Numbered from the stretch's first letter, positions 27,259 through 42,139 are shown. The stretch: 64,000 nucleotides of DNA from Eledone cirrhosa (GCA_964016885.1 OZ024745.1:106454001-106518000), one strand, 5' to 3'. The notes: generated from the letters alone by a model not told the origin. A program made the numbers and translations.

Positions 27259-27265
<7 letters not shown>
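26743..27265 (+). mobile_element. 318-bp-unit non-LTR retrozyme-like insert
   Basis: Direct repeat 26855-26942 = 27173-27260 (period 318); inverted segment 26798-26855 vs 26983-27039; TA flanks; HHR inside. Confidence 0.88.
27045..27106 (+). ncRNA. Canonical type I hammerhead ribozyme
   Basis: gggag-tgg-taagct-CTGAGGA-gtac(caaca)gtac-GAAA-cag(agat)ctg-TC-agctta-t-ctccc; GUC site, predicted cut after 27094. Confidence 0.95.
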
Positions 27266-27309
<44 letters not shown>

Positions 27310-27352
27310 CAAAATATTAATACATGAAAAATATTCTCATAACTAAAGTATA

Positions 27353-27415
27353 TATTATATTATACATATTTCAAAGGTACAATGGTGTTTAAGTCCGTTT
27401 TCATCAGATAAAATA
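27353..27415 (-). ncRNA. Hammerhead ribozyme (family B-like, diverged)
   Basis: tattttat-CTGATGA-aaa..ttt-GAAA-tatgta-TA-atataata. Confidence 0.65.
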
Positions 27416-27475
27416 TATGAGTGATTGGATATGCGACATACCGCTACGGTTTTGATTATTCAATTCCAGTATATG

Positions 27476-27507
<32 letters not shown>

Positions 27508-27638
27508 CGTGTGTGTGTATATATATATATATATGAAATTTAAAAAACGTTAATCCCCCTTTCCTTGACAATATGTTTTCAAGGCCATATGATTAAACAC
27601 GTATCACTTTGTGTACTTCTCTCTATATACTGATTTAT

Positions 27639-27672
<34 letters not shown>

Positions 27673-27678
27673 TTATAT

Positions 27679-27900
27679 ATATTTATTAAAATAACAGATT
27701 AAAGTTTAAGCAAAGAATCGCTGCTTTCACTCTTAACGGGATCTTAAGATCCCGTTGAGAGTGAAAGCAGCGATTCTTTGCTTAAACTTTAATCTGTTAT
27801 TTTAATAAATATTTGCTCTACGTTTCTTATATATCTGATATATATTTATCCTTATCGAGCCCCCTTTGGATTTTAGTCTTCAAATTTATTATTATTACTA
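27679..27900 (+). mobile_element. Family D element end with fold-back palindrome (27679-27812)
   Basis: Palindrome centred on CTTAAG (27745/27746), followed by tcccgttgagagt-GAAA. Tail homologs at 34075-34115, 39527-39610 and 40206-40316. Confidence 0.75.
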
Positions 27901-27909
27901 TATATATAT

Positions 27910-28930
<1,021 letters not shown>

Positions 28931-28968
28931 TAAAGTGTTAAACAATATTCAATGATTATGTTAATATT

Positions 28969-29023
28969 CAATAATTATGATGAGGACGTACAGTTGTACA
29001 TCCGAAATATCTATAATAAAATG
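28969..29023 (+). ncRNA. Degenerate hammerhead motif (B-like)
   Basis: aTGATGA-ggacgtaca/tgtacatcc-GAAA-tatcta-TA-ataaaat; C3 mutated and stem I poor. Confidence 0.5.
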
Positions 29024-29102
29024 TAATTGATCAAAAGAACATCTATTTTATCATATTTATATTTTAATATAATTGGCAGTATCGGTGGAGGGTCGGACGC
29101 CA

Positions 29103-29302
29103 NNNNNNNNNNNNNNNNNNNNNNNNNNNNNNNNNNNNNNNNNNNNNNNNNNNNNNNNNNNNNNNNNNNNNNNNNNNNNNNNNNNNNNNNNNNNNNNNNN
29201 NNNNNNNNNNNNNNNNNNNNNNNNNNNNNNNNNNNNNNNNNNNNNNNNNNNNNNNNNNNNNNNNNNNNNNNNNNNNNNNNNNNNNNNNNNNNNNNNNNNN
29301 NN
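29103..29302. other. Assembly gap (200 N)
   Basis: Run of N interrupting a SINE S1 head at 29073-29102. Confidence 0.99.
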
Positions 29303-29395
<93 letters not shown>

Positions 29396-29659
29396 TGTGC
29401 GAGCGACGACAGAAGAAGTGTATGGGATACATACATTATTATATTTGTCTGTATTTTCGTTCTGCAACCATTATATTATGATATTTGTATCCAAATGATT
29501 TTAGATGTATGTATTACCTTCTTGCCCGTCCCTCTGTTTCTCCTTCCCTGTCTCTCTCTCTCCTCTCTCTCTCATTAGATGTGTGTGTGTGTGTGTGTGT
29601 GTGTAGGATACATACATAATACACACGACACTCAGCTTTATAATATTATATATATATAT

Positions 29660-30596
29660 ATACTATAAAGAAGAGCAAGTCCCTAGAATTATTTGATAAT
29701 ATATATACATCATTTCTTCTCCCAATTAGCATAATCAACCACACAAAAATCAATTAGACCAGTCTATAAGATTAAAAGGCACCTATGAAGAATCAGTAAA
29801 TAAATATACCATAGCAGCGTCTTCGCGGCCAACCGCTATAGAATACCTACCCAACATTTCAACAGCACGTGGAAATTAATTAAATATACGATCAACTATA
29901 CACAATTAGGTATAAAATTAAAGTTAGAAATGCTTATATACATACCAGGATTAAATCACTAAATCCCGACCCATGGGTTCGTTCTCATTTTGAGATATCC
30001 TATTAAGGATAAATCTCGAGTTTCGAACTCTTCTGGGGACAAAGTCGCTAGGACAGATTTTTTCTGAAGTGGCCCCCGCCAAACACGAATTCAAAATGGC
30101 TGAGACTGTGGCGTGGCAGAAAGAGTGTGCTTACGGCGAGTGGGCTGGTTGCTAGAAAGCGCAGCCCAATTTTGCCCAAATTGTGTCTCAGCCTTACGGG
30201 AGATTATTAAATATAAATATTTACACATACACCAATTAAACAAAGTCACAGATATATATTTGTTTTGGCAACCATTCACGATGTGTCTCAATGAAGAATT
30301 AATAAATTAAATAATCAGAGCAAAATACTATAAAGTAAAGCAAGTCCATAGAATTATTTGATAATATATATACATATTCTGGTCTAATTGATTTTTTGTG
30401 TGGTTAATTGTGCTAATTGGGAGAAGAAATGATGATTATATATTATCAAATAATTCTATGCACTTGCTTTACATTATAGTATTTTTCTCTGATTATTTAA
30501 TTTATTAATTCTTCATTGAACCACATCGTGAATGGTTGCCAAAACACATATATATCTGTGACTTTCTTTAATTGGTGTGTGTGTAAATATTTATAT
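29660..30596 (-). mobile_element. 665-bp-unit TA-flanked insert with terminal redundancy, fold-back and decayed HHR
   Basis: ctataaag..agcaagtcc.tagaattatttg at 29663 and 30328. 30378-30596 is an inverted copy spanning the unit junction. Confidence 0.8.
29963..30040 (-). ncRNA. Decayed type I hammerhead with long stem II
   Basis: gtccc-CAGAAGA-gttc..gaac-GAA-cccatggg-TC-gggat; all three stems intact, core has U4A and lacks one A. Confidence 0.7.
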
Positions 30597-31862
30597 ATAT
30601 ATATATATATATATATTCGCCTTTAGGCCAACTCACTAACGTATTACACTGAAGTTTCCTTGACGTTTAATTGTTTCCTCAAACAGAAAAAATGTTCGAC
30701 CTGCTTCAAGAGGCGATTACATGTGGATATTCTGGAGTGATAGGCTACTGGATCAGCATAAATAATAAAATACGACACTATTATAGAATTGAGCACTCTT
30801 TCACCCGTTTGTTAAAACAAGCGGATATACATTTTATCATATTACATACATAGTCCATCTGTGTGTATTTATTTATATATAAGTTTGTGGCTGTGCGTTT
30901 GTGTGTATATCAGTGTGCAGGAGGGAGAGTGAAATAGCTAAATACGTAGAAAAAAAGAGAAAGAAATAGTTTTAGAGAGAAACAGGCGAAGTATTATATT
31001 GAAAGAAAGAAATATAAAGGAAAGAAAGAAACGTAAGATCTAATTTTATAGTGACTGAAATCCAGGTGAAATATCGTCGAATGTTGACCTAGTTTATATA
31101 TATTCTATCTAACCACTGTTGCTTGAAGTATGAAAGAAAAAAAAGAAAAACAAGTAAGAAATGTGCCCGCCATCGACAACACTACCATCGACATTGATTT
31201 GAAATAAAGGACAAAAAAAATAATAAATAGGCATAAAAAGAAACTGTGATAACCACCACCGTCATAAATGCAAAGCTTACCCGCGATACGTTCTTTCTCG
31301 CCTACGAAATATCCTGCTGTTCTCAATCTCACAGATCGTGAACAGATAATCACTGTGAAATTAGTGATGTTGTAATACAGTTGAGTTGACTGATGAGCAA
31401 TAAAACAATTTAAAACATTTTACGTGAAAGACTTATCAGGTTATGTCTATCATTGAACACAAATAAATAAATAAACTGTCCGCCATTTTGCTCTTGTTGT
31501 TTTGTAATTCACAGATATTAATGATGCGATGTTTGATTGGTCATTTACATTTTCATTTCGTAATTATATTCATGAATATATTTCTTTGAGAGGTTGTGAA
31601 TTTAATAATTTATTTATTTATTTATTCATTTATGCATTAACTTACTTGTTTGTTTGAGAATGTATAGCTGTATATTTAAGTGAATGAACGGGTTGCACGG
31701 GTTTAGAAATCGATGGAGGTGTTGGTAAAGATAGGAGTGAAAAGGTAATGTACCGGTAAATGTATCTATGTATATGAGGAGAGATATGTGCATGTGTAGA
31801 GATGAAGAGATAGAGAGCGAATAAATATTGCAGCATGTTTACATTTGAATGAAATATGCATC

Positions 31863-31942
<80 letters not shown>

Positions 31943-32502
31943 ATATACTATTTATAGTTGTGTATATACTATACTATAAATAACTCTAAACAGGAAAGGT
32001 CAGTAATTTATTACTACCTTATTACCAGTAAGAGAAATAGCTCAATGTAAGAACATCAGGTGAATATGAGGTTAACTATATGTACAAACATTGATAATGT
32101 TCCGATGATTCCAAACTAAAGTTTGGAAGAAACAATTGTCAGCGATTAAATGATTTGAACATAACTTTGATACTTGTGTAATTTATATATATATATATAT
32201 TTAAACCCTCTCTTATATCTCTAATTCGCTCCACCTCCTTTTCTTCTTTAAGTTTTATCATATTATTATTTGTGGTATATAAATGTTGAGATTTGATGAA
32301 ATAAATCACTGCCAATACTGGAATTGAAATATCAAGACCGTAGCGGTATGTCATATATCAAATCATATATTTTATCTGACGAGAACTTACTGAAAAAACA
32401 ACACAGTACCTTTGAAATATATATAATAAAACATATATTTTGATTATGTGAATATTTCATTTGTTAATATTTTGAATAATATATATATATATGTGTATGT
32501 GT

Positions 32503-32540
<38 letters not shown>

Positions 32541-32548
32541 GCGTGTGT

Positions 32549-32586
<38 letters not shown>

Positions 32587-32615
32587 GCGTGTGTGTGTAT
32601 GTGTGTGTGTGTGTA

Positions 32616-32646
<31 letters not shown>

Positions 32647-32669
32647 ATATATATACATATATATATACT

Positions 32670-32856
32670 TCGTTTTTGAATTTGTTTTACAAGATTTCTT
32701 ATCTGAAAGCGTGTGTTGAAACATATATTGTTATACTTTGGGACGGCCATATTGCCAATAAAAACACACCAACCGGAAATTTGTTATAAATTGAAGTGAA
32801 AAGCAGGTGCATGTGTTTTATTGGCTGCATGTCCCTCCCTAAGAATAACAATATAT
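32670..32856. mobile_element. Family E element end with fold-back
   Basis: Homologous to 675-815; second half inverted; TA flanks. Confidence 0.7.
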
Positions 32857-32885
32857 ATATTTATATGTATGTATGTATGGGGGGG

Positions 32886-32960
<75 letters not shown>

Positions 32961-34185
32961 GATGTGTGTGTTTTGGTGAATTAATATATACGTGTGCACG
33001 TAAAATATTCGGTGGGTAGTTTGTATTTGTATCTTTGAACTACTACGAATATAAAAAAAATCCAGGTTTGTCCGATCCAATTCATTACGTTAGCTGTAAA
33101 CCCACCTAATACTCATTTAACGTTGTCTTGTCAACGGTAGTGTGATGTTTAGTGAGGGAAGTAACCAATATCACATAACATTTATATGTTATGAAATTAT
33201 AGCAAAGGAATATATATTCGACCTATGTTTCATATTGGCTATTGCAGCCGAAACGTCATCGAGAAGATGTAGACATATTCTCTGGAACTTTCTTTCTGTA
33301 TAACAATAATATCTGAATAGATATTGTTTGGAATGAATGCACAGCTCTGTCAGATACTATTATATTTCTTTCATTGAGAATAAGGCTTACAATCCGAATA
33401 TATTACAGCATATTAACAAATGTTATAGCTTTACCACGTGAAGACGTACTGTAAAAGAATAACATTATAGATTATGTCTTCGATATCGGTCCATCGTTAA
33501 GATTCTTTACTTCCTAATATAGGGATAAACATAATAGATAATAATAGTCTATCTAGAAAAGATTGCATGTGCGTAACAGAAAGAAGAATTTTAAAAGATA
33601 TTCTCTCTTAAACTCCACTTTCATTATTACCCACATGGTTTTCACGCTATCTCAAGAATCATTGGCTCCAGAAAGATATACAATTTCAGAAATATGCAAT
33701 TCATGATTTTATATAAATATCCGACCGCCTTCCTCTTTTCGAAGGAAGGGTGAAATTTCCACGGGTACTGCTAGTTATTATATAATTATTAAATATGAGC
33801 TCGGTATTTAGACGTGTTATGTTACTGCGAAAATTATATTTGTTGTATTCCTGGATCAAAATATGTACTTCATATGTAGCAATTTGCTGACATCTGGAAA
33901 AGGGTTTAAATATCTATGTGAAGTGGATAGAATAAGAGTGGCAATACAGATATGTTAATATATGCACATGAATGCTTTACATAAAAATGATATACTACTA
34001 TTAATGTTGTGTATAGGTTTAATATAGTCTATACTAGCAGAATGGCCCGGCGTTGCTCGGGATTTGCTCCAGGGTTCATATATATTTGATATATGTTTAT
34101 CCTTAACGAGCCTCGTGAAATAAATAAGTTTGTTTATATTTTGTTATTGTGTATGCAAAAATATCTGTACACGAATATATATATA

Positions 34186-34325
34186 TATAGGAACAAGTAT
34201 TACCCCGACGGCAGTATGACAAGTATGACTCTGCCGTCGGGGTCATACTTGTTCCTATTATCATAGTATTGAGTACTTTGGTGCGTTATGGTCCATCTGG
34301 TTCCTTACCACATTTCCTTCGTTAT
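34186..34325 (+). mobile_element. Family G end with fold-back
   Basis: ggaacaagtat.accccgacggcag...ctgccgtcggggtcatacttgttcc, followed by the same tail as 429-511 in opposite orientation. Confidence 0.75.
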
Positions 34326-34346
34326 AAATATATATATATATATATA

Positions 34347-34717
34347 AGAATAAACGTGCTGCGTGGTTGCAAATGGGTTACATATGAATAAAGTTAGTCC
34401 TTCATCAGTGATCTTCCAACCATCATTGGTATTTCATCGCTTTAAAGACCATATACCTCCGGTTGGTGCGAGCAACGGCTAAAAAAAGTCGTTGGGACAC
34501 GTAAATAAAGGGGACACGAGAGTGTAAACAAACAAAGATGGTGAAGCAACGAAGAGTGAGGAAGAACGAGTCAAGTCCCAAATTTCCATGAATATAAGGA
34601 GAGGTTGTAACAGAGAGTGAGTGAGTGAAGGATGAGGAAGAGGGTAACAGGGAGAGTGACTGTTAGAGAGGGTAAAGATACAGAGAAAGAGGAAGCAGTA
34701 AGAACGAAATAGACGGG

Positions 34718-34720
<3 letters not shown>
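34347..34720 (-). mobile_element. TA-flanked element (family F)
   Basis: Homologous to 60908-61650; carries CTGATGAaggact. Confidence 0.65.
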
Positions 34721-34774
<54 letters not shown>

Positions 34775-35404
34775 AAGAATCGCTGTTTTCCCCCTTAACG
34801 GGATGTTCTGAAACTAAAAAATTCAATCTGTGATCGCAGAAGTAAGTAAATATTTCGAAAAACGTTACACTATATATATATATACATACACACTATATAT
34901 ACATATATACACACACACATATATATAGCAACGTCAGAATGTCGTAATGCAGACAGCCAGGCATACAGACAGATATTATAAGGGCGCAACGTTATATCTA
35001 TGTTTCTATCTAAAAAGAAAGACTAAGAATTATAGAGAGTGATCGCTAAATCGCCTAATACGGTCCCTAGGGCATGAAAATTTGAAATCTTTTTGCTCAA
35101 AACACTCACAGGACAATAAGTATTACATGTGTAAAGTTTGAAAACAATCGGTTGGGTGGTTCTCGAGTTTTAGGGAATCAGACAGACAGACGTTCTCTGT
35201 TTTAGATATATAGGTTAAAATGTTTGCATATCTTTATTATAATGGATGTGTGGATTTTATGTTTGACCAAAGCGCCAAATTCTGAAACGATAGATTTACT
35301 TACAATACACTGCATCACGTCCTTCTACCACGTGGATTCCAGTCGTGTTTATGAACTGTTTAAACTCATAAGCAAAAATTAAAGCAAATTTCAAAACACC
35401 AATA

Positions 35405-35439
<35 letters not shown>

Positions 35440-35441
<2 letters not shown>

Positions 35442-35591
35442 TTATTTTTAGACCGAGCTGAGGATCCGAATAAGGTGAAACATTTGTTCTCGGTATGGTT
35501 AACGAACTGTTGTGGAACTACTGCTACCGAACTCGTCCCATGGACTGAGTGATCTACTACTACGGATATAACCCACCATGGTTCTACTACG

Positions 35592-35596
<5 letters not shown>
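35440..35596 (+). mobile_element. Family A end with minimal HHR (35452-35494)
   Basis: accgag-CTGAGGA-tccgaataaggt-GAAA-catttg-TT-ctcggt; perfect 6-bp stem I. Confidence 0.8.
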
Positions 35597-35651
<55 letters not shown>

Positions 35652-35656
<5 letters not shown>

Positions 35657-35853
35657 GTGGTTACACAACAGTTAGTTCACCATACCGAGAACAATTGTTT
35701 CACCTTAGCAGATCCTCAGCTGAGGATCCGCTAAGGTGAAACAATTGTTCTCGGTATGGTGAACTAACTATTGTGTAACCACTTCTATCAAACTCGTCCC
35801 ATGGACTGAGTGCTCTACCACTACGGATATTACCTTCCAGTGTTCTACCACTA
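35652..35853. mobile_element. Family A end folded back at the HHR core
   Basis: Palindrome centre tcctcag|ctgagga at 35719/35720; TA flanks. Confidence 0.88.
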
Positions 35854-36603
35854 TATATATATATATATATATATACATACAGAGTCTGTCCAAGGGTATT
35901 TCTTTAGCTGAAAACAAAGCAGAACGTATGTGAAATTACACGGCAATTATTTTCTTTCTCATTTTCTCAGAATTACCATTTTCGAATGTAATGTGTAACC
36001 GTTTGGTGAAAATCTGGGTAAACGACTGCTCCAATAATTTATCTATACAAATTTTACACTTCATCTACGTCACACGTTCTCTCTCCTTGCTCCATATATT
36101 TCATATTATATACATGTATATATATAAATCGTATAATTATACAGAAAATCAAGCCTATCATTAAACATTAGTTATTTATATATTCATTTATCTACTTATC
36201 TGTTAAATTCTAAACAGATAATTAACCTTTGCTATTTTGTGCAATACACAGGTTCCAATTCAATTCTTCCTGTAAGGGGTTTTATTCGGTCGAAAATTAG
36301 TCGTTGTATTCTAAATACTGGGGTTGTGTATTAACCCTAAAATTTTGGGCTATTGGAAGGGCGGTTTGAATTATTTATCTCTTTATTAATTCACCGATTC
36401 ATTTCAACAAGTTCCAGCTGTAGACATGACGTCACTTTTTTTCTTTTGCTCCTTTATGTTAATGTTTTATTTACTCCTCTTCTCTTTTTTTTATTATACG
36501 CACCTGTTTTTCCCCTTTTTTTTCAAAATAACTTTTCTTTGATGATACACTCCCCGCAACATATATATGAATATGTCCACATTTATATATGTATGTATAT
36601 AAA

Positions 36604-36719
<116 letters not shown>

Positions 36720-36724
36720 CACAC

Positions 36725-36776
<52 letters not shown>

Positions 36777-36784
36777 ATACACAC

Positions 36785-36856
<72 letters not shown>

Positions 36857-37400
36857 CGTAAATGTAGATTACATATGAATGTGTGTGTAGGTAAATGTGT
36901 GTGTAGGTAAATGTGTGTGTAGGGACACCCTAATCTGCAAGGACTATAATTTTGTATAACCATGTTTTATTTCTTCTCACATAACATCAATGGATATCGT
37001 GACAGGAGTAAAATAAAAATAACAATACTAAAATACAAAAACAAATATGAAAAAAATATGAAAATAAGTCTCTAAGAAATATGCCGCTAACGACATGCGG
37101 GCCGGTTTCAAAGAACACTGAAGCAATAATCTTTTGTCCTCCAACTCCACACCACATCACAAATCCTGTCTCGCTATTACTTACCGTGCTAACTTTCCAT
37201 GATCCTCTCTCTCTCTCTCTCTCTCTCTACCTATATTTGCCAAATACAGCCCCCTCCCCCCTATATATATATATTTATATATATATAATTATATATACAG
37301 ATATATGTGTTTTTGTGTGGCCTGCTGCATTATATGTATTCATTCACAATCACACACACATACATATACGCACACAATGACACAGACACACACACATACC

Positions 37401-37463
<63 letters not shown>

Positions 37464-37560
37464 TCGAGAGACCCTTGTTAACCAAGACGTTCGGAAAAAT
37501 TATTCGTGAGCTGATTTGTTCGAGATGAGAGGCGTTCGTAAAGCAAGGTTCCACAGCATA

Positions 37561-37610
<50 letters not shown>

Positions 37611-37624
37611 TAGAGAGAGATATG

Positions 37625-37923
37625 CTGTGGAACCTTGCTTTACGAACGCCTCTCATCTCGAACAAATCAGCTCGCGAATAATTTTTCCGAACGTCTTGGT
37701 TAACAAACGGTCTCTCCAGTAACGAACACGTAAGCTGGCATCAACAGCTGGCGACACGCTGGGAGTATCGAAAGGAAAGCGTCACTTGCTGTGCAGTTAC
37801 TCTCTATGGTGCTATCTAACTGTCTTTCAGATATCACTGAAAAGAATAGTTTCGGCTTACGAAAATTTAGGATGACGAACAGCCTTCAAGAACCACCTAA
37901 GTTCATGAACTGAGGTTTCAATG
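37625..37923. mobile_element. Tigger/pogo-like MITE
   Basis: Ends ctgtggaaccttgctttacgaac ... gttcatgaactgaggtttcaatg resemble Tigger TIRs; left end inverted-duplicated at 37461-37560. Confidence 0.65.
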
Positions 37924-38307
37924 AATATACATTTCAGAAAAAGTAACCAAAGGATTTACTTATTTAAAACCATTTATTTCGACAAAATAAATTTTTAACA
38001 GAGTAAAGGATGTTAACTAAGTAAAAACTTTGGTTACTTCTTCTGAAATGAATATTTATGCTGTGTACTTTGCACGGACAGATTTAGAGACCTGCTGGAT
38101 TTGACCTGTATGACGCACCTTGTCAAAACACGAGTGAATTTATCTATTTTCAATTATTCTCTTTTATATATATATAGTTTAGGGATTGTAACATCTGTTA
38201 CGGTAGATTCACTAAAGTGATCGTAGTTTCCATTAGGTATATTGCGTAGTACTAAATGCGAAGTTTCCAGTAGGTATATTGTTGTAGTACTACCAGAGTG
38301 TAATAAT

Positions 38308-38438
38308 AATTGTTTCTACTTTAGGCACAAGGCCAGCAATTATCAGTGCATTACTGGTACTTTATTTTATCGACCCCGTAAGGATGAAAGGCAAAGTCAA
38401 CCTCGGCGGGATTTGAACTCAGATTGTAAAGCGACGTG
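38308..38438 (-). mobile_element. SINE S1, 5'-truncated
   Basis: S1 body and tail. Confidence 0.85.
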
Positions 38439-38818
38439 TAATAAAAAGAGAATAATTGAAAGTAGATAAATTCAATCGTGTTTTGACAATAATGATAATA
38501 AAAATACAGATCGAGCCTTGAGCTGATAATTCCTTCACCTTTTCATTGTATCCCTCCTACTCACTTTTCACGTGAAAACTGTTTTCTTTTTTAAAGTTGA
38601 TGGATCATCGATGAAACCGAGTACTTCGGTGCTCAGTCAAATATTTGTAAATTATAGTTTAATAAATGCTATACATTCGAAACTCTGGTGCTCTCCAACC
38701 TTAAGATTTTCAACATGTAATTATACTGTATATATATATATATATATATATCCAGAGAACCTTCAACCGTCAAGGTTGTTTTTCCTCGAGTATGTCAACA
38801 TTTATAAAGCAAATTTTG

Positions 38819-38884
38819 TATTTTATCTGATGAAAGCGCACCAAAATTTGCCTTGGTTGCCCTTGAAATATATATAATAAAATA
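38819..38884 (+). ncRNA. Hammerhead ribozyme (family B, subfamily 2)
   Basis: tattttat-CTGATGA-aag.gca.ccaa/ttgg.tgc.ctt-GAAA-tatata-TA-ataaaata; perfect 8-bp stem I; lies in TA-flanked insert 38751-38928. Confidence 0.85.
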
Positions 38885-38922
38885 ATTATGGTTTTATAAA
38901 TATAGTTTCCATTTATTAATAT

Positions 38923-38995
<73 letters not shown>

Positions 38996-39129
38996 AGGAG
39001 GTGAGTTTTATTGTAGCAACAATAAAACAATGCAAATAACGGATAAGTAGCACTCCACAGTTTATAGGACTGGAGTATAAATAATATAAGATCAAAAGAT
39101 GGTTAAAAGAGTTCCCCATCTTTTGATCT

Positions 39130-39166
<37 letters not shown>

Positions 39167-39204
39167 ATTAAATAAATGGAAAACTATATTTATAAAACCA
39201 TATT

Positions 39205-39270
39205 TATTTCATTATATATATTTCGGGGATATCATATTAACAATATGCTATGCCTTCATCAGACAAAATA
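39205..39270 (-). ncRNA. Hammerhead ribozyme (family B)
   Basis: tattttgt-CTGATGA-agg..ccc-GAAA-tatata-TA-atgaaata; within inverted insert 39161-39478. Confidence 0.75.
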
Positions 39271-39470
39271 CAATATAAACAGTTTTATAGATAAATATAT
39301 TCGACATACCGTAATAAACATCAACTTCATTTGAAGAGGTTTACGCTGGTTTTATAAATATAGTTTTCCATTTATTTAATATTGTAAATATACTCCAAAT
39401 ATTTGTCGAGTGCTTTTATATCAGTTATAAATATTTACTAGTTGTAACCCAACAATTTTAAATATAACTT

Positions 39471-39524
<54 letters not shown>

Positions 39525-39754
39525 GTAATAATAATAAATTTAAACACTAAAATCCAAAGAGGGCTCTATAAGGATAAATATATATCAAATATATAAGAAC
39601 CGTATAGCAGGACCAGTTATGGAAAAACGCATCGTTTCTGATTTGCATTTGAAAAGAGGTTGCTAATCCTGAAATATCATGATGAAACGTGTGGGTAAAA
39701 AACATTATTTTGTTTTGTCTTATTTGTCTTCCTTTGTCGATTTTATATTCCATC

Positions 39755-40200
39755 GATTGATTGGCATTATCGGTAGAGCGTCAGACAGCATTCTTTGCGG
39801 CACAGAGTTACTGTTCTTTACGTACTTAGTTCAAATCCTGTCGAGATTAGCTTTGCTTTTCATCCATACGGGTTCCATACGGGTTCGATGAAAAGTACCA
39901 GTCATGCACTGGGTCAATTCAATCGACTTGGCCCATCCACCAAAATTGCTGGCCTTGTGCCGAAATCAAAAACCATTATTATATACATATATATAGGCGG
40001 TGGATTGGCAGTATCGGTAGAGGGTCGGACGCCATGCTTTCCAGCATAGTTACGTCCCTTTACGATCTGAGTTCAAATCCCGCCGAGGTTGACTTTGCCT
40101 TTTATCCTTACGGGGTCGATAAAATAAAGTACCAGTAATGCACTGGGTAATTGCTGGCCTTGTGCCTAAAGTAGAAAAAATTATTATATACATATATATA
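39755..40200 (+). mobile_element. Two tandem SINE S1 copies
   Basis: Older copy ~39755-39980. Younger copy 39996-40180 is flanked by attattatatacatatata duplication. Confidence 0.88.
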
Positions 40201-40312
40201 TATATAGTAATAATAAATTTGAAGACTAAAATCCAAAGAGGGCTCGATAAGGATAAATATATATCAAATATATATGAACCGTAGAGCAAATATTAATCTG
40301 TTATTTTAATAA

Positions 40313-40343
<31 letters not shown>

Positions 40344-40346
40344 CGC

Positions 40347-40440
<94 letters not shown>

Positions 40441-40458
40441 TGGGTGTATGTATGTATG

Positions 40459-40490
<32 letters not shown>

Positions 40491-41318
40491 TTGATAGAAG
40501 CACATAACTATATACATAAACACACGTATACACACTACATACGTCTGTATGTGTGAGTATTGATGTTTATTTGTGTGTGCATTTGTGTGTATATGTGTAT
40601 GCATTTGTGTGTATATGTGTGTGTATTATGATCGTTATAACGAAGGAAACAAAGACGGTTGAACTGTCAAGGTGTACTGTTTTACATCTTGCTATAGATA
40701 CGTCTCAGTTCAATGCTACCTGACCGTAAACAAATATTGTGACACGTGATACAACAGGGTGGTGGTAAAGGCGAACGTTGAGACCAATACAAAATTCTAT
40801 ACCCCACCTTGTAAATATCAAGAAAAAGAAGCTTCATCTGTTCGGGTTCAATTATATCAAGTTTACACGTGAAAAACAAATTGGACATTTTAGTAAATTT
40901 CTCGGCTAGATACATTTTATTTTATTTTATTTTATTTTATTTTATTACTATTTTCTTTATTTACTACGTTTCTTCTTTTATTCTTGTTATGTAGCTGCAA
41001 ATCATCCTTGATAAAAACAGACCTATAATATATGACGTCCCAGCTGTGACCAGGTTTTATTTTCAGGGTTGTAGTGACTAAACAACAATAGCGACGACTA
41101 TGACGAAGGCCAAGGAGGAGTAGCAGAAGAATGACACAAAAGTATGTAGTTAGAACAGTGAAGAAATTGTCGAAGGACATGAGAGTCCTTGAAAACTAGA
41201 AAGGGGTTTATAGAAGGGTATAAATCTATATACATCATAAATGTGAAAGTCATTGTAGCAAAAAAATAAAGATCTTTCGAAAACCAGAAATTTCAGTGGC
41301 TGTTTAATTATATATTCA

Positions 41319-41402
<84 letters not shown>

Positions 41403-41430
41403 TATACATATTTGTATGCAAATCTTTAAA

Positions 41431-41825
41431 GCAGACCTACCAACCTCTAAAATCCCAAACGAGGAGTATCATGAAAAACGTGCCCCAAAACTGCAAGAAA
41501 TGAGGCAAAATGGGGAGATTTTACATAATTGTTTCTACTTTAGGCACAAGGCCAGCAATTACCCAGTGCATTACTGGTACTTTATTTTATCGACCCCGTA
41601 AGGATGAAAGGCAAAGTCAACCTCGGCGGGATTTGAACTCAGATCGTAAAGGGACGTAACTATGCTGGAAAGCATGGCGTCTGACCCTCCACCGATACTG
41701 CCAATCCACCGCCTGGATTTTACATAATGAAAGCTATACCCATTTTCACTAGAGACGATATCTCTCACCCACCCCAAAGTGGGTGGGTGGTCTCCCCGTC
41801 GGACGGGCTGAGTTGACAGGTATGT
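41431..41825. mobile_element. MITE interrupted by SINE S1 (41527-41713, minus)
   Basis: TSD gattttacataat at 41517-41529 and 41716-41728. Confidence 0.85.
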
Positions 41826-42139
41826 TTAGATGACACCGAGTCTCATGTTCACGATGTCAAGCCTGTTCAGCGAAAAATATAAATTGGATCATAAAATCGT
41901 TCTTTTCTCGTAAGAGTATAGGGGCGGTAACCAAATAATCCTCCTCATGAACCGACGTGACATCGAGGAAGCTCCAATGTGACAGTCAAATGGATCAACC
42001 CAAAATATACTCTAGCAGAGTATCGAATGTATTGTCTGTCCTTTATTAACCCTAAGTCATTCTGTGCTGGTTTCATGGAGAATGCATTAAGTTAGCATGC
42101 GCACTTACAAACACCTCGCACTAACAATAATGAAAATAC

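Larger units (their letters stand above)
34030..35213 (+). mobile_element. Helitron-like non-autonomous element carrying nested TA-targeted inserts
   Basis: One end atactagcagaatggcccggcgttgctcggg. The other end aaagtttgaaaacaatcggttgggtggttctcgag..cagacagacagac..tatatag. Both are typical of Lep1-like elements; their linkage is inferred. Confidence 0.5.

Noticed and set aside
31385-31442. CTGATGA...GAAA-gactta-TC
   Set aside because: Stems I and III do not pair; probably chance.
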